Under the pieces are notes generated by a model. It did not search any database. It was not told the origin of the DNA and saw nothing but the letters and a program-made list of their open reading frames with translations. Source: SAR202 cluster bacterium (GTDB lineage: Bacteria; Chloroflexota; Dehalococcoidia; Lucifugimonadales; VGZY01). Taken from it: 64,000 bases of DNA. Positions 39,091 to 48,316 of the stretch are shown here, in pieces (the first letter of the stretch is position 1; each line of letters opens with the position of its first letter). The stretch is from contig VGZY01000007.1 in NCBI GenBank assembly GCA_016872355.1, positions 4,216 to 68,215 of the forward strand. Reading direction: 5' to 3'. The translations under genes were made by a program, and so were the position numbers.

Positions 39091-40695
39091 ATGACCGAAA
39101 GCCATCTGAGCGGCCCCCCTTTAATGCCGTACCCTGAACCCCGTACCCCGTACCCCGCCAGGCCCGCGCGTGGCGTGGTTGTGCTCGTCGGCGCCGGCCC
39201 GGGCGACCCGGGTCTCATCACCGTTCGGGGCATGGAGTGGCTGGCGCGCGCGGATGTGGTTGTGTATGACAGGCTGGTGGACGAGCGGCTGATAGCCAGG
39301 GCGCGGCCCGGCGCAGAGCTGATAGACGTCGGTAAGGCGCCGGGCGACAAGAAGAACCGGCAACCGGACATCAATGAGCTTCTCATCGGCCACGTCAGAG
39401 AAGGCAAGACCGTGGTGCGTCTCAAGGGCGGCGACCCGTTCGTCTTCGGGCGTGGCGGCGAGGAGGTGCTCGCGCTCGTTGAGGCTGGCCTGCCGTTCGA
39501 GGTGGTGCCCGGGATAACCTCCGCCATCGCCGCGCCGGCGTACGCCGGTATACCTGTCACGCACCGCGGGATATCCACATCCGTGACCATCGTGACAGGC
39601 AGCGAAGCGCCTGGCAAGGACGACCCCTCCGTTGACTGGAAGCGCGTCCTCCAGCCCAAGGGCACTGCAGTTATCCTCATGGGCTGGGAGAACCTCAAGC
39701 AGATCACTACCGGGCTCATTGCGTCAGGCACCCCACCGGAAACGCCGATAGCACTGGTTTACTGGGGCACCGAGCCTTACCAGAAGGCCGTGTCGGGGAC
39801 GCTGGCTGATATCATCGAAATCGCAACGGCCGCGGGCATATCCAACCCCGTCGTCGCCATCGTCGGCGAAGTCGTGAAGCTTCGGGAGCGGCTCCGGTGG
39901 TTTGATAACCGCCCGCTGTTCGGCAAGCGCGTGCTTGTGACGCGCACCCGCTCGCAGGCCAGCGTGCTTTCCGATCTACTCTCCCGGGAAGGCGCTCAGC
40001 CCATCGAGATACCGACAATCGAGATACAACCCGTCGAGGACTTCTGCGAGGTGGATGGTGAGCTTGCCGGACTGGCGGGCTACAATTGGGTGGTCTTCAC
40101 CAGCGTGAACGCCATCGACATCGTATTCGAACGGCTCAGCGCAGGAGGCCGGGACGCCAGGGCGTTCGGCCCGGCGAAGATAGCGGCTATCGGATCATCC
40201 TCGGCAGATGCCCTCCGCGCGAAGGGCATCGTAGCCGACGCCGTGGCGGACGATGCGGCGTCCGAGGGTATTGTCGGCACACTGGTCGCGATGGGCATTG
40301 CCGGGGCGAAGATTCTATTTCCCAGGGCGGAAAAGAGCCGTGATATCATATCCCGCGGGCTCACATCCGCAGGCGCCTCCGTCAAGGAGGTGGTCATTTA
40401 TAGAAACGTGCGTCCGGCAGACGCCGCCGAGCGGCTTAACAGGGCCATGGAGGCCCCGCTGGACGTTGTGACTTTCGCAAGCTCCTCGTCGGTCCGAAAC
40501 CTCGTCGACCTGCTGGGTGGGGACATTACGAAGCTGGGAGCGCCGCTCGTGGCCTGTATTGGGCCCGTTACCGCGGCCGCCGCCCGCGACCTTGGGCTCA
40601 GGGTTGACATCGTCGGCAAGGACCAGACAATTCGAGGGTTGGTCGATGCTATCAGACAGCATTTCGTCGAGGCGGAGGCCGCTAGAAATGGCTAG
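39091..40695 (+). CDS. cobA: Fused uroporphyrinogen-III C-methyltransferase / uroporphyrinogen-III synthase (CobA-HemD)
   Basis: LVGAGPGDPGLIT, RLKGGDP.VFGRGGEE; then LFGKRVLVTR, FTS.NA, TFASSS, CIGPVT. Confidence 0.93.
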   Translation: MTESHLSGPPLMPYPEPRTPYPARPARGVVVLVGAGPGDPGLITVRGMEWLARADVVVYDRLVDERLIARARPGAELIDVGKAPGDKKNRQPDINELLIGHVREGKTVVRLKGGDPFVFGRGGEEVLALVEAGLPFEVVPGITSAIAAPAYAGIPVTHRGISTSVTIVTGSEAPGKDDPSVDWKRVLQPKGTAVILMGWENLKQITTGLIASGTPPETPIALVYWGTEPYQKAVSGTLADIIEIATAAGISNPVVAIVGEVVKLRERLRWFDNRPLFGKRVLVTRTRSQASVLSDLLSREGAQPIEIPTIEIQPVEDFCEVDGELAGLAGYNWVVFTSVNAIDIVFERLSAGGRDARAFGPAKIAAIGSSSADALRAKGIVADAVADDAASEGIVGTLVAMGIAGAKILFPRAEKSRDIISRGLTSAGASVKEVVIYRNVRPADAAERLNRAMEAPLDVVTFASSSSVRNLVDLLGGDITKLGAPLVACIGPVTAAAARDLGLRVDIVGKDQTIRGLVDAIRQHFVEAEAARNG

Positions 40696-41671
40696 CTTTC
40701 CGAAACTGCGGCAGCGCAGGCTCCGCAAAAACCAGGCTATCCGGACCCTTGTCCAGGAGACCCGCCTTTCGGTGGGCGACCTCATTAACCCTATGTTCGT
40801 GACGCACGGCCGCGACGTGCGAGCGGATATCAAGCCCATGCCCGGCGTGCAGCAACTATCGCTGGACCACCTCATCCGGGAGTGCGAATCGGTTGCCGAG
40901 ATGGGGATTCCCGGCGTGCTCCTCTTCGGCATACCCAAGAGCAAGGACGCCGAGGGCACGGAAGCCTACGACTCCGCGGGAATCATCCAGGAGGCGATTC
41001 GCGTCATCAAGCAGACGGTGCCGCATCTCCTGGTCATCACAGATGTATGCCTCTGCGAATACACAAGCCACGGCCACTGCGGCGTCCTCTTCGAGAGTGG
41101 CGACGTGGATAACGACCGGACGCTCCAGCTCCTGGCCAGGACGGCGGTGCGCCAGGCCGAGGCGGGCGCCGACATTGTCGCCCCCTCGGCGATGATGGAC
41201 GGGCAGGTCGGCGCCATCCGCGAGGCGCTGGACTCGGCAGGCTTCGGCCACACGCCCATCATGGCCTACTCCGCCAAATACGCCTCCGGCTTCTACGGCC
41301 CCTTCCGCACCGCCGCGGGCTCCACGCCGCAGTTCGGCGACAGGCGCGGCTACCAGATGGACCCGCCGAACGTGCGCGAGGCGATGCGCGAAATTGACCA
41401 GGACCTGGCAGAGGGTGCGGACATGGTCATGGTGAAGCCTGCTCTGGCATACCTGGACGTCATTGCGAAGGCCAAGCAGACCTTCAACGCACCCATTGCC
41501 GCGTACAACGTGAGCGGCGAATACGCCATGGTCAAGGCCGCCGCCGCCAACGGGTGGGTGGACGGTCAACGCGTCACTACGGAGATCCTCACTGCAATCA
41601 AGCGCGCCGGCGCGGACATGATCATCACCTACCACGCCAAGGAAATTGCCCAGTGGATCAAGGCCGGCTAG
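40688..41671 (+). CDS. hemB: Porphobilinogen synthase
   Basis: DVCLCEYTSHGHCG, SAMMDG, FYGPFR, MVKP, YNVSGEY. Confidence 0.98.
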   Translation: MASFPKLRQRRLRKNQAIRTLVQETRLSVGDLINPMFVTHGRDVRADIKPMPGVQQLSLDHLIRECESVAEMGIPGVLLFGIPKSKDAEGTEAYDSAGIIQEAIRVIKQTVPHLLVITDVCLCEYTSHGHCGVLFESGDVDNDRTLQLLARTAVRQAEAGADIVAPSAMMDGQVGAIREALDSAGFGHTPIMAYSAKYASGFYGPFRTAAGSTPQFGDRRGYQMDPPNVREAMREIDQDLAEGADMVMVKPALAYLDVIAKAKQTFNAPIAAYNVSGEYAMVKAAAANGWVDGQRVTTEILTAIKRAGADMIITYHAKEIAQWIKAG

Positions 41672-42125
41672 CTGGCGACGCTCCTGCGCCGGAACGCGGC
41701 TTTCCCGCCCATAACCTCCACCTGACCCGACCCAGCACATCCGCGACGTGGACCGGGCCGTAGTCCCGGCTGTCAGTGCTCTGGAGCCGGTTGTCCCCCA
41801 TGAGAAAGACTTCACCCGCGCCCAGCCGCAGGCGCAGCCCGCCTTCCCCCAGGTAAGGTGGACCTCCCCTCAGGTACGGCTCCGGCAGCGCCGCTCCGTT
41901 TACCAGCAGCTCGCCGTCCACAAGCGCAATCTCCTCCCCCGATAGGCCTATCACGCGCTTGAGAGTCCTCCTGGTCCGTTCCCGAGGGTCCAGCGCCGCT
42001 ACGATGTCGCCGCGCTTCAGGCGCGCGCCCGGACGCAGGGAACGCACGATGAGCACATCGCCCTCGCGGAGCGATGGCCGCATGCTGTGCCCGCGCACAA
42101 CGTAGATTTCAAGAGGCATTCTCAT
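41658..42125 (-). CDS. sodX: S26 peptidase, probable Ni-SOD maturation protease
   Basis: GHSMRPSL, LKRVIG, GDN..STDSR.YG; no N-terminal TM; two genes from sodN. Confidence 0.7.
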   Translation of the reverse strand: MRMPLEIYVVRGHSMRPSLREGDVLIVRSLRPGARLKRGDIVAALDPRERTRRTLKRVIGLSGEEIALVDGELLVNGAALPEPYLRGGPPYLGEGGLRLRLGAGEVFLMGDNRLQSTDSRDYGPVHVADVLGRVRWRLWAGKPRSGAGASPASRP

Positions 42126-42209
42126 AGGCCGTGACCCGTTGACAACACAGGCAGTTCCAAATACGGTTGAAAGGCGCACTGCTGGACTTCGAAGCACGGA
42201 GATCCCGAA

Positions 42210-42938
42210 TTGACGACCGGCCACCAGGCAGATACCACCGTCCGTCACAGCACTGTAACCCTCGCCGGAAGGCCCGTGCGCTACTCACAGGCCGGCGAGG
42301 GCCTCGCCGAGGCGGTCATTTTCATCCACGGCGGCGCGAGCACACGGCGCGATTGGGAGGAGACCCTGTCGGCCATGGCCGCCTCGTACAGCGTATACGC
42401 CCCGGACCTGATCGGCTACGGGGAGAGCGACAAGTCTCTCCCCAGGTACTCCCTTCCGCACTTCACGGACTGCATTCGCGACTTCATGGCGGCGCTCGGC
42501 ATACGCAAGGCCCACTTCGTCGGCCACTCTCTCGGCGGACGCGTCTGCCTTGAAATGGCGTCGCAGTTCCCAGAGGCCGTCGCCAGCCTGACCCTGGTGG
42601 CCCCGATGGGCCTTGGCAGGCTTACCGTCCTCGGCCAGGCGCTCGTGGGTGCAGTGTGGGTGAAGCTCAACGTCCTCAGGAGCCCGCTGCCCTACCCCAG
42701 ACTCGATATCCGCCTCTCCGACCCGGCGGTCGCCTCTTTCGGAAGCATCGCCGTGCCGGCGCTCGTTGTGTGGGGCAAGCGCGACATGTACTTTCCCCAC
42801 CGCTACGGGAGAACGATAGCCGCAACGCTAAGGAACGCCTCTTTCGAGCTCTTCGAAGAGTGCGGCCACGCCCCCCACCGCGAGTCGCCGCAGCGATTTC
42901 AGGCACTTCTCACCCAGTTCCTGAACGGCGGCCGGTAG
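42210..42938 (+). CDS. Alpha/beta hydrolase
   Basis: IHG, PDLIGYG.S, GHSLGG, WG..D, GH.PH.E. Confidence 0.88.
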   Translation: MTTGHQADTTVRHSTVTLAGRPVRYSQAGEGLAEAVIFIHGGASTRRDWEETLSAMAASYSVYAPDLIGYGESDKSLPRYSLPHFTDCIRDFMAALGIRKAHFVGHSLGGRVCLEMASQFPEAVASLTLVAPMGLGRLTVLGQALVGAVWVKLNVLRSPLPYPRLDIRLSDPAVASFGSIAVPALVVWGKRDMYFPHRYGRTIAATLRNASFELFEECGHAPHRESPQRFQALLTQFLNGGR

Positions 42939-42958
42939 GCGCCCCTATCAGCCGCACA

Positions 42959-43002
42959 TTGCCATCATATCTATGGTACTGTAACCTTTAGTTGACCAAT
43001 TT
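42959..43002 (+). promoter_or_regulatory. sodN promoter followed by GTTGACCAATTT box
   Basis: TTGCCA (42959) - 17 nt - TAACCT (42982); 12-mer at 42991-43002 identical to the one at the sufB promoter. Confidence 0.5.
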
Positions 43003-43028
43003 TGAAAGCAACCAGGGAGGAGACCAAC

Positions 43029-43496
43029 ATGCGAATCGGAGCTGCAATCAGGCGAGTCCTGCCGGTGCGGGAAGGCCACGCGCACTGCGATATCCCTTGC
43101 GGTATATACGACCCCATCGTCGCCAAGATAGCTGCGCAGACCGTCCACAAGATGGCGATGCGGATCAAGGCGCTCTCTTCGCCCACGGGCGACGCGGCGC
43201 AGGCGTATACGATGACCAGGCTTATCGCCGTCAAGGAGCATCACGCCGAGATCTGCAAGCGCGAGGTGGACATCCTCTGGCACGACTACTTCAAGCCCGA
43301 GCACCTGACGAAGTACCCGGACCTGCACACGCTGGTGTGGGAGACGACCAAGCTCGCCTCCGCAAACAAGCAGAACGTGGACCCGGACTCCGCCCAGAAG
43401 CTCGTTGAGAAGGTGGACAAGATCGCTGAGATCTTCTGGGCCACCAAGGGCGTGACCTACAGCGACCCCAACGCGACGGTCCGCTTCGGAAAGTAG
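43029..43496 (+). CDS. sodN: Nickel superoxide dismutase precursor
   Basis: Leader peptide then Ni-hook HCDIPCGIYDP; KE.HA..K...ILW.DYFK; IFWATK. Confidence 0.97.
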   Translation: MRIGAAIRRVLPVREGHAHCDIPCGIYDPIVAKIAAQTVHKMAMRIKALSSPTGDAAQAYTMTRLIAVKEHHAEICKREVDILWHDYFKPEHLTKYPDLHTLVWETTKLASANKQNVDPDSAQKLVEKVDKIAEIFWATKGVTYSDPNATVRFGK

Positions 43497-43525
43497 TCCC
43501 AGGGGACTATAGACTTTGGCGAAAG

Positions 43526-43565
43526 GCAGTGAAGGCGTTCAAAACGAACGCCTTCACTGTTTTCT
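43526..43565 (+). terminator. Intrinsic terminator after sodN
   Basis: CAGTGAAGGCGTTC AAAAC GAACGCCTTCACTG followed by TTTTCT. Confidence 0.85.
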
Positions 43566-43673
43566 ATACGTAGACGAAACGCCGATTGCGAAATCCGCCA
43601 TACGTTGCGAATAATGGATTCAGGAGAGGTAAACCGACTAGGGAATTCGATTTAGCCCAACGGGAGGTGCGTC

Positions 43674-44021
43674 GTGAAAGTCCTGATCACCTGCGACGCG
43701 CTCGACCTCATAAAGCGGCGTGGCGGCTACGCGCAGGTGCACTTCAGGCCGCCCGCCGGCTCTTCCGGCTATGAGCTAGAGGTGGTTGCCCGTCGCCGCC
43801 CCTTTTCCATGGCCATCTACGCCACACCGCTGTTCGATGTGGTCATTCAGATCCCACCCGAGCTTGAGCGCTGGTCTCATACGCTGGGCATCAAGGCCGC
43901 CCCCGCATGGCCGCTCCCGGTCCTTGACGCAGAAATGGGAGCGCCGTGGGGCCGGCTGCACACGGCGCAGTGTTCCCACCATCCGCGCCGAAATCTACTT
44001 CTTGACCTCTTTCCACTCTGA
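43674..44021 (+). CDS. Hypothetical protein
   Basis: GGAGGT RBS before GTG; no recognisable motif. Confidence 0.5.
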   Translation: MKVLITCDALDLIKRRGGYAQVHFRPPAGSSGYELEVVARRRPFSMAIYATPLFDVVIQIPPELERWSHTLGIKAAPAWPLPVLDAEMGAPWGRLHTAQCSHHPRRNLLLDLFPL

Positions 44022-44366
44022 CGTGACCTTCTTCGTCTCCGGCTTGTACTCCTCGCGCGGCGGCGAGAAGATATCAAGCGCCACGGCCTTCATCGAGTAC
44101 CCCTTGACGCCGTGCGGCACCCCGCCCGGGATGACGTAGCAGTCCCCAGGCTTCATGTGCCTGACCTCATCCCCGATGGTCATCTCGAACTCGCCCTCCA
44201 TCACAATGCCCGCCTGCTCGTGCGGGTGCGTGTGGATAGGGATAACGGAATGGGGGTCCGTCTCAAGCAGGCTCATCATTATCTTGTCGCCCCACATCGT
44301 GCGCAGCGTCGCGCCCTTTATGAGCTCGCGCTTCGGGACAGCGGACGACTTGTAGAAATACGGCAT
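43995..44366 (-). CDS. Cupin domain protein
   Basis: H.HPHEQ, G.......IPGGVPH, DIFSPPREEY. Confidence 0.9.
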   Translation of the reverse strand: MPYFYKSSAVPKRELIKGATLRTMWGDKIMMSLLETDPHSVIPIHTHPHEQAGIVMEGEFEMTIGDEVRHMKPGDCYVIPGGVPHGVKGYSMKAVALDIFSPPREEYKPETKKVTSEWKEVKK

Positions 44367-44387
44367 TGCGCCACCTCGAATGTTGGA

Positions 44388-45323
44388 TTACTTGTTCCGC
44401 GCGGCCATCGCGCGTTTGTGTTGGGGCAGCAGGCAAGCGAGGATGAACTCGTTGCCAAGCGCCGGCACCCTCATCTCGTGGGCTATGCGGGCCACGGCGC
44501 CATTCAGCACCTCGACCTCCATCGGGTTGTCGCGGATGAGGTCCGTGTACATGGATGAGGTGTTCTTCCCGCCGGTCGCGATCCACTTCGCGATGATGCC
44601 CTCGACGTAGCCCGGCTCCATCTCCACGCCCTTCGCCTTCGCAGCGGCAACCGCCTCCCGCATCACCTCGCGCATAACGTCCAGCGTCCTGGGCTCCGCG
44701 AGTATGTCTTTCAGCGGCGACCGCGTGATGCATGTCATGCCGCTGAGACCGCAGATGTAGATGAGCTTCTTCCAGAGCTCGAACATGATGTTGGGAGAGA
44801 GGGTGACGTTTATCTTCGCGGCCGCGAGAGCCTCATTGACGGTCGTAGCCCGCGGAGACAGGCTGCCGTCCTCCTCGCCGAATATGATATTGCAATTGCC
44901 GCCCTCTTCGATGATAAAACCGGCGTCCTTGCGGCTGGCGTCGACGTACGTCACGCCGAGCAACACCTTCCCCTTCCCGAATGCCTTGCCCAGCGCATCG
45001 CCGCTGCCGATGCCGTTCTGGAGCGTGAGAATCGAGGTGCCTTCGCCCACCGCGGGCCTCATGATGTCGATTGCCACTGGGTTGTCGTACCCCTTCACGG
45101 TGAAGAGGACCAGGTCCGCCTTCCACGAGCCGTCCGGCCTCTCGAATGCCTCCGGCCTGATAGTGAAGTCGCCGGCGGTGACACTCTCCACCTTCAGCCC
45201 GCGCTCCCTGATCGCCTTCAGGTGCTCCCCGCGCGCGACAAAGCGCACGTCGTTTCCCGCCCTGTGCAGCACCGCGCCGAAGTAGCCGCCGACCGCACCC
45301 GAGCCCATGACTAGGATCTTCAT
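44388..45323 (-). CDS. panE: Ketopantoate reductase family protein
   Basis: GSGAVGG, VK.YD, LQNG, WKK, SSM..D, E...NG. Confidence 0.88.
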   Translation of the reverse strand: MKILVMGSGAVGGYFGAVLHRAGNDVRFVARGEHLKAIRERGLKVESVTAGDFTIRPEAFERPDGSWKADLVLFTVKGYDNPVAIDIMRPAVGEGTSILTLQNGIGSGDALGKAFGKGKVLLGVTYVDASRKDAGFIIEEGGNCNIIFGEEDGSLSPRATTVNEALAAAKINVTLSPNIMFELWKKLIYICGLSGMTCITRSPLKDILAEPRTLDVMREVMREAVAAAKAKGVEMEPGYVEGIIAKWIATGGKNTSSMYTDLIRDNPMEVEVLNGAVARIAHEMRVPALGNEFILACLLPQHKRAMAARNK

Positions 45324-45518
45324 ATCGCCTCTTCACGTATTAATCTGTGAAACGAAGTCGTGGACTTACATCGGTCAGTATCATAGCCTGTGCCGAGGCA
45401 TGAGGCAAACCTGATGAGCGGTCGGCTGTTAACCGATTGGTCATACCACAGACGATGGAACCTTTTTGACTGATAAAACGTCTTACTATTATCCGCGCAG
45501 CCCGGAAACACACACACC

Positions 45519-46988
45519 TTGCCTAAGATAACGCTTGCTCTCGTTACATTGCTGGCGCTCTTCTTAACCCTGGGCTGCGCGGCTTCCCCCGCCGCCGCAC
45601 CTTCGGATATCCCGGAAAGAACGGACACCCCGTAAAGCAAGATCGACTGCTCCGACGCGTTGAACTACCTGGAATGCGGCGGCCCTCCAACTGAGCATGT
45701 TGTCCCGGCCTCAATCATGGCAACAATCCCTGTTTACCCCAACGCAGTCGAAGAGAGCCTGACCGCGCCACTTTACTGGCCTGTAACCTCTACGCCATCA
45801 GACATCTGCAGCGGTACCGACTGCCCGACCATCCAGGGGGCCCACAGGTATTTCTCCACAGAAAGCTACGCGCCCAATGTGCACGCGTGGTACCGGGAGC
45901 GGATGGCAGAGGCGGGCTATCTAAGCAAGGGCGGATCGTCCGGCCGCACCCCGTACGGAGAATTCGAGTCTGCCCGGTTCTTCAAGACGGATAAGCCTGA
46001 TACAACCGTCCAGGTAAGCACGCTGATTTCCAGCATCTCCTCACGACGGTTACCTCTGACTATTGCCATATCCGTTGAAAGAGACATATTCCGCCCGAGG
46101 CCCACGGACTCATACCTTCCGTCCAATATTAACTCGATCGGTATCGATTACGTCTCTTGGGACGGCGTGCGAAGATCGGCCGAGGTGACCGACCGTGAGA
46201 CCGCCGATGATATGGCGCGCATATTCAACCGGATGCCTCCGAGGCCGACGGACCAGACCTACTTTTGCCGCCCGGGTGCGGGGATACTTGAACTGGGAAC
46301 AACAACCACTGAGATCAGGGACCAGCACCCAACGATACGGCTCCAGTTGCGGACTTCCCAGGGATCGCAAGAAGTGCGCATCATCCACGGCTGTCCCTTC
46401 CGGGTAGAGTTCGGAGCGCATCCCGACTTGCAAGATACTCGCAACCTGCTATGGGAGGCCGTGGAGGTAGCCCTGGGGGTGCGAGTCAAGGAAAATATAT
46501 CTATATCCGCACCACCGGCCTACCCTACTCCACCGCCTGCTCCGATACCTACCGTGAACCCCATGTCCATGCTAACCCCTGAGTGGAACATGGCCGCTTA
46601 TTACGCGTGGCCGGACAAATACAAATTTATGGTGGGAGAAGATCTGGCAGTCAGGTTTGCCTATCCTGAATCTCCCGAGCTCTGGGCAGGGTTCGCCTTC
46701 GTTACGCACGTTCCGAGCGGCTCCGGCCTTACCTTGCGCAGGACCTTCGGCAGCCCCGAGCCTGAACGGGACATCCCTCAGGAGCCGCCATTTATAGAGC
46801 GTTCTAGCGGCAACCTCATCATCCTGGGTGTGGATGTGAGCGTGATGCGCCATTACACTACGCGGGGTGGCAAGGCGAGGCTGGACGCGCTCCTTGAGGA
46901 TGAAGAGTCGATGAGGCAAATCTTGCATCGCGGCGGAGATATATGGGGCTGGAGCGTCTCAGAGCAGCCTGCCCAGTCTACTCCTTGA
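45519..46988 (+). pseudogene. Lipoprotein gene interrupted by an in-frame TAA at 45633-45635
   Basis: TTG 45519 gives MPKITLALVTLLALFLTLG-C (lipobox); stop after codon 38; same frame continues into the 442-aa ORF 45660-46988. Confidence 0.6.
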
Positions 46989-47283
46989 GCTCCACCAGGA
47001 TGTTCTTGTAGCGCTTCTTGGAGTTGTTGACCAGGCGGTGGGGCTGATTGTCATCCAGAAACTCCGCCTCGCCTATTTCCGGCTCGAAGTCCAGGACGGC
47101 GCCGTCCTCGTACTCGGCGGTGATGCCGCCGTCCTCGATGGTCACGGTTACATAGTCGCGCGCGTGCTTGTGCCACGGGCTGGCCTCTCCCGGCTCAACC
47201 GTGAGCTGCCAGATACGGACCTTATCGTTCTCGAACAGCACCTCGGATGCAATCGGCCCCAGCTTCTTGAGTCCCCGCACCAT
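46978..47283 (-). CDS. Cupin domain protein
   Basis: LFENDKVRIW, PGE...WH.H..DY, H...N; GGAGGT RBS. Confidence 0.85.
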   Translation of the reverse strand: MVRGLKKLGPIASEVLFENDKVRIWQLTVEPGEASPWHKHARDYVTVTIEDGGITAEYEDGAVLDFEPEIGEAEFLDDNQPHRLVNNSKKRYKNILVELKE

Positions 47284-47320
47284 AAGCCACCTCCCACTGA
47301 GTAATTCCATGATCTTCGGC

Positions 47321-48049
47321 CTAAGGCTTCGGCGTGAATCCCAGCCCCTTCTCCTTGAGGCTGACGAAGCTCTGGCCGCCGATGATGATATGGTCGAGCA
47401 CCTCAATGTCCATCATCTGCGCGGCTGTTGTGAGCTTCCTTGTGACCAGTATATCCTCGGGGCTCGGCGAGGGGTCGCCCGAGGGGTAGTTGTGCACGAT
47501 GATGATCGAAGGGCAGTTCTCGCGGATGGCGGGACGCATCACCTCGGCGACCCGGAGCACGGCCATGTTCACGTTCCCCTTGTAGACCTCCACGAAGCCC
47601 TTCACCTCGGCCCTCGTGGTCAGGAGCATGACCCTGAGGTGCTCCTGTTCAAAGAACCTCATCTCCGCGGAGAGGAGGTTCGAAACGTCCTGCGGCGAGC
47701 GGATGATTTTCCTGTCCTCGGGGCTTAGCGCCACCACGCGTTTTCCTAGCTCGAACGCCACGAGCAGCTGGCACGCCTTCGCCTCACTGATCCCCTTCCT
47801 GCGGCAAAGCTCGCCGTACGTGACGCGCGCCAGCCCGCCGAGTCCCCCATGCTCCGCAATCAGGTTCCCGGCCATGTTGAGCACGCTCTCCCCTTCCACG
47901 CCCGTTCGCAGAAGTATTGCGATAAGCTCCGAGTTGCTCAGCGCTCCCGGCCCGGCGGTCATAAGCCGATCGCGCGGCCTGTCGGCATGCGCCATGTCGC
48001 GAATCATGGTAACGGGGGAATACGCGCCGGTAGTGATATCTTCGACCAT
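47321..48049 (-). CDS. radC: RadC/UPF0758 JAB-domain protein
   Basis: RPRDRL...G...LS..ELIAILL, GI..AKA, VHNYPSGDP.PS.ED, VLDHII. Confidence 0.92.
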   Translation of the reverse strand: MVEDITTGAYSPVTMIRDMAHADRPRDRLMTAGPGALSNSELIAILLRTGVEGESVLNMAGNLIAEHGGLGGLARVTYGELCRRKGISEAKACQLLVAFELGKRVVALSPEDRKIIRSPQDVSNLLSAEMRFFEQEHLRVMLLTTRAEVKGFVEVYKGNVNMAVLRVAEVMRPAIRENCPSIIIVHNYPSGDPSPSPEDILVTRKLTTAAQMMDIEVLDHIIIGGQSFVSLKEKGLGFTPKP

Positions 48050-48168
48050 CCTCTTAACCTCAGAGGGTCGTCCGGCAGGTACGCCGAAGCGGCCATTATT
48101 GTCAATCGGGCTCGGCGGGTAGTTTACTCGACCGGCGCGGCTTCGTCCACAGCCACCACGGGGCGTGC

Positions 48169-48196
48169 TTGACACCCCATACCAACCTCATAGAAT
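48169..48196 (+). promoter_or_regulatory. Sigma70-type promoter
   Basis: TTGACA - 16 nt - TAGAAT upstream of 48317. Confidence 0.55.
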
Positions 48197-48268
48197 GGAC
48201 GAAGCCAGCGCAGGCGAGCGAGCAGTCAGACAAGGACATGCGAAAACAGGGCTCGGCTGTTCAGCCTT

Positions 48269-48299
48269 GCCCACTGCTCACTGCCCACTGCTCACTGCT
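48269..48299. repeat. Heptamer tandem repeat (GC[CT]CACT)x4
   Basis: GCCCACT GCTCACT GCCCACT GCTCACT GCT. Confidence 0.7.
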
Positions 48300-48316
48300 G
48301 TCCCCGGGAGCTCCAC

